In this document: piece after piece, positions 63,710 to 64,000 of the stretch
Position numbering within the stretch: position 1 is the first letter of the stretch
How the letters are laid out: each line of letters opens with the position of its first letter
NCBI RefSeq assembly: GCF_035084215.1
Contig: NC_090340.1
Location: forward strand, 17,918,001-17,982,000
DNA from: Heptranchias perlo
Taxonomy: Eukaryota
DNA length: 64,000 nucleotides
Reading direction: 5' to 3'
Program-made: the position numbers and the translations under genes
Notes under the pieces: model-generated
The model's input: the letters and a program-made list of their open reading frames with translations, nothing else
The model's database searches: none
What the model was told of the DNA's origin: nothing

Positions 63710-63871
63710 CTCGAACTCGACGGCCATCGCCAAGAGCGTGGCGGACTGTGGCAGGACGGTGAACTCGCTACTCAGGTGCTTGGCAAGGTAGGTCCTCGCG
63801 TACCAGAAGTAAAGGTTGTGCCAGGGCAGGAGGCTGGTGGTGAAGAACGGCTCTCCGATCAGAACTGACAC
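63710..63871 (-). CDS. PRMT7: PRMT7 exon, [54 protein letters not shown]
   Basis: cag| acceptor and GAG|gtgagc donor on the - strand, 162 nt. [19 protein letters not shown] is characteristic of the PRMT7 C-terminal module. Confidence 0.97.
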
Positions 63872-64000
63872 CTGGCAGAAAAAAGGAGAGTAACCCAGAA
63901 GAATCAGAGAGAGAGAGAAAAGGAGGGTAACGCACTGGGTCTCGCTGAAACAAACACAGCAGTTGTTCACTCGTTTCACCTTCCGATTAAATACAATGAA

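Overview
Vertebrate genomic DNA, most likely from a shark or other elasmobranch, judged from the CR1/L2 LINE, Deu-domain tRNA-SINE, Penelope-like and Harbinger repeat content. Two convergent protein-coding genes are partly contained. On the + strand are the last six coding exons of SMPD3 (neutral sphingomyelinase 2; 23396..45473; the large first coding exon was not found and presumably lies upstream of the window). On the - strand are the last five coding exons of PRMT7 (63871..58321). All exons have GT/AG boundaries and splice in frame. Bases 1-23 kb are intronic and packed with nested, decayed transposons, including a ~4.75-kb PIF/Harbinger element whose transposase is split by two CR1 LINEs and which itself splits a SINE. 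Bases 26-53 kb are roughly two-thirds minisatellite (at least ten arrays, units 23-39 bp), and the very long ORFs in the ORF track come from these stop-free repeats. The most notable structures are two inverted-complementary arrays of similar size inside one intron, a ~2-kb array of decoy 5' splice sites just behind an exon, a 4.6-kb CpG-rich hairpin array that may lie in the SMPD3 3'UTR, and a perfect 57-bp palindrome with a hammerhead-like core. I found no convincing novel protein-coding system. Repeat family names come from recall of consensus motifs, not from a database search.
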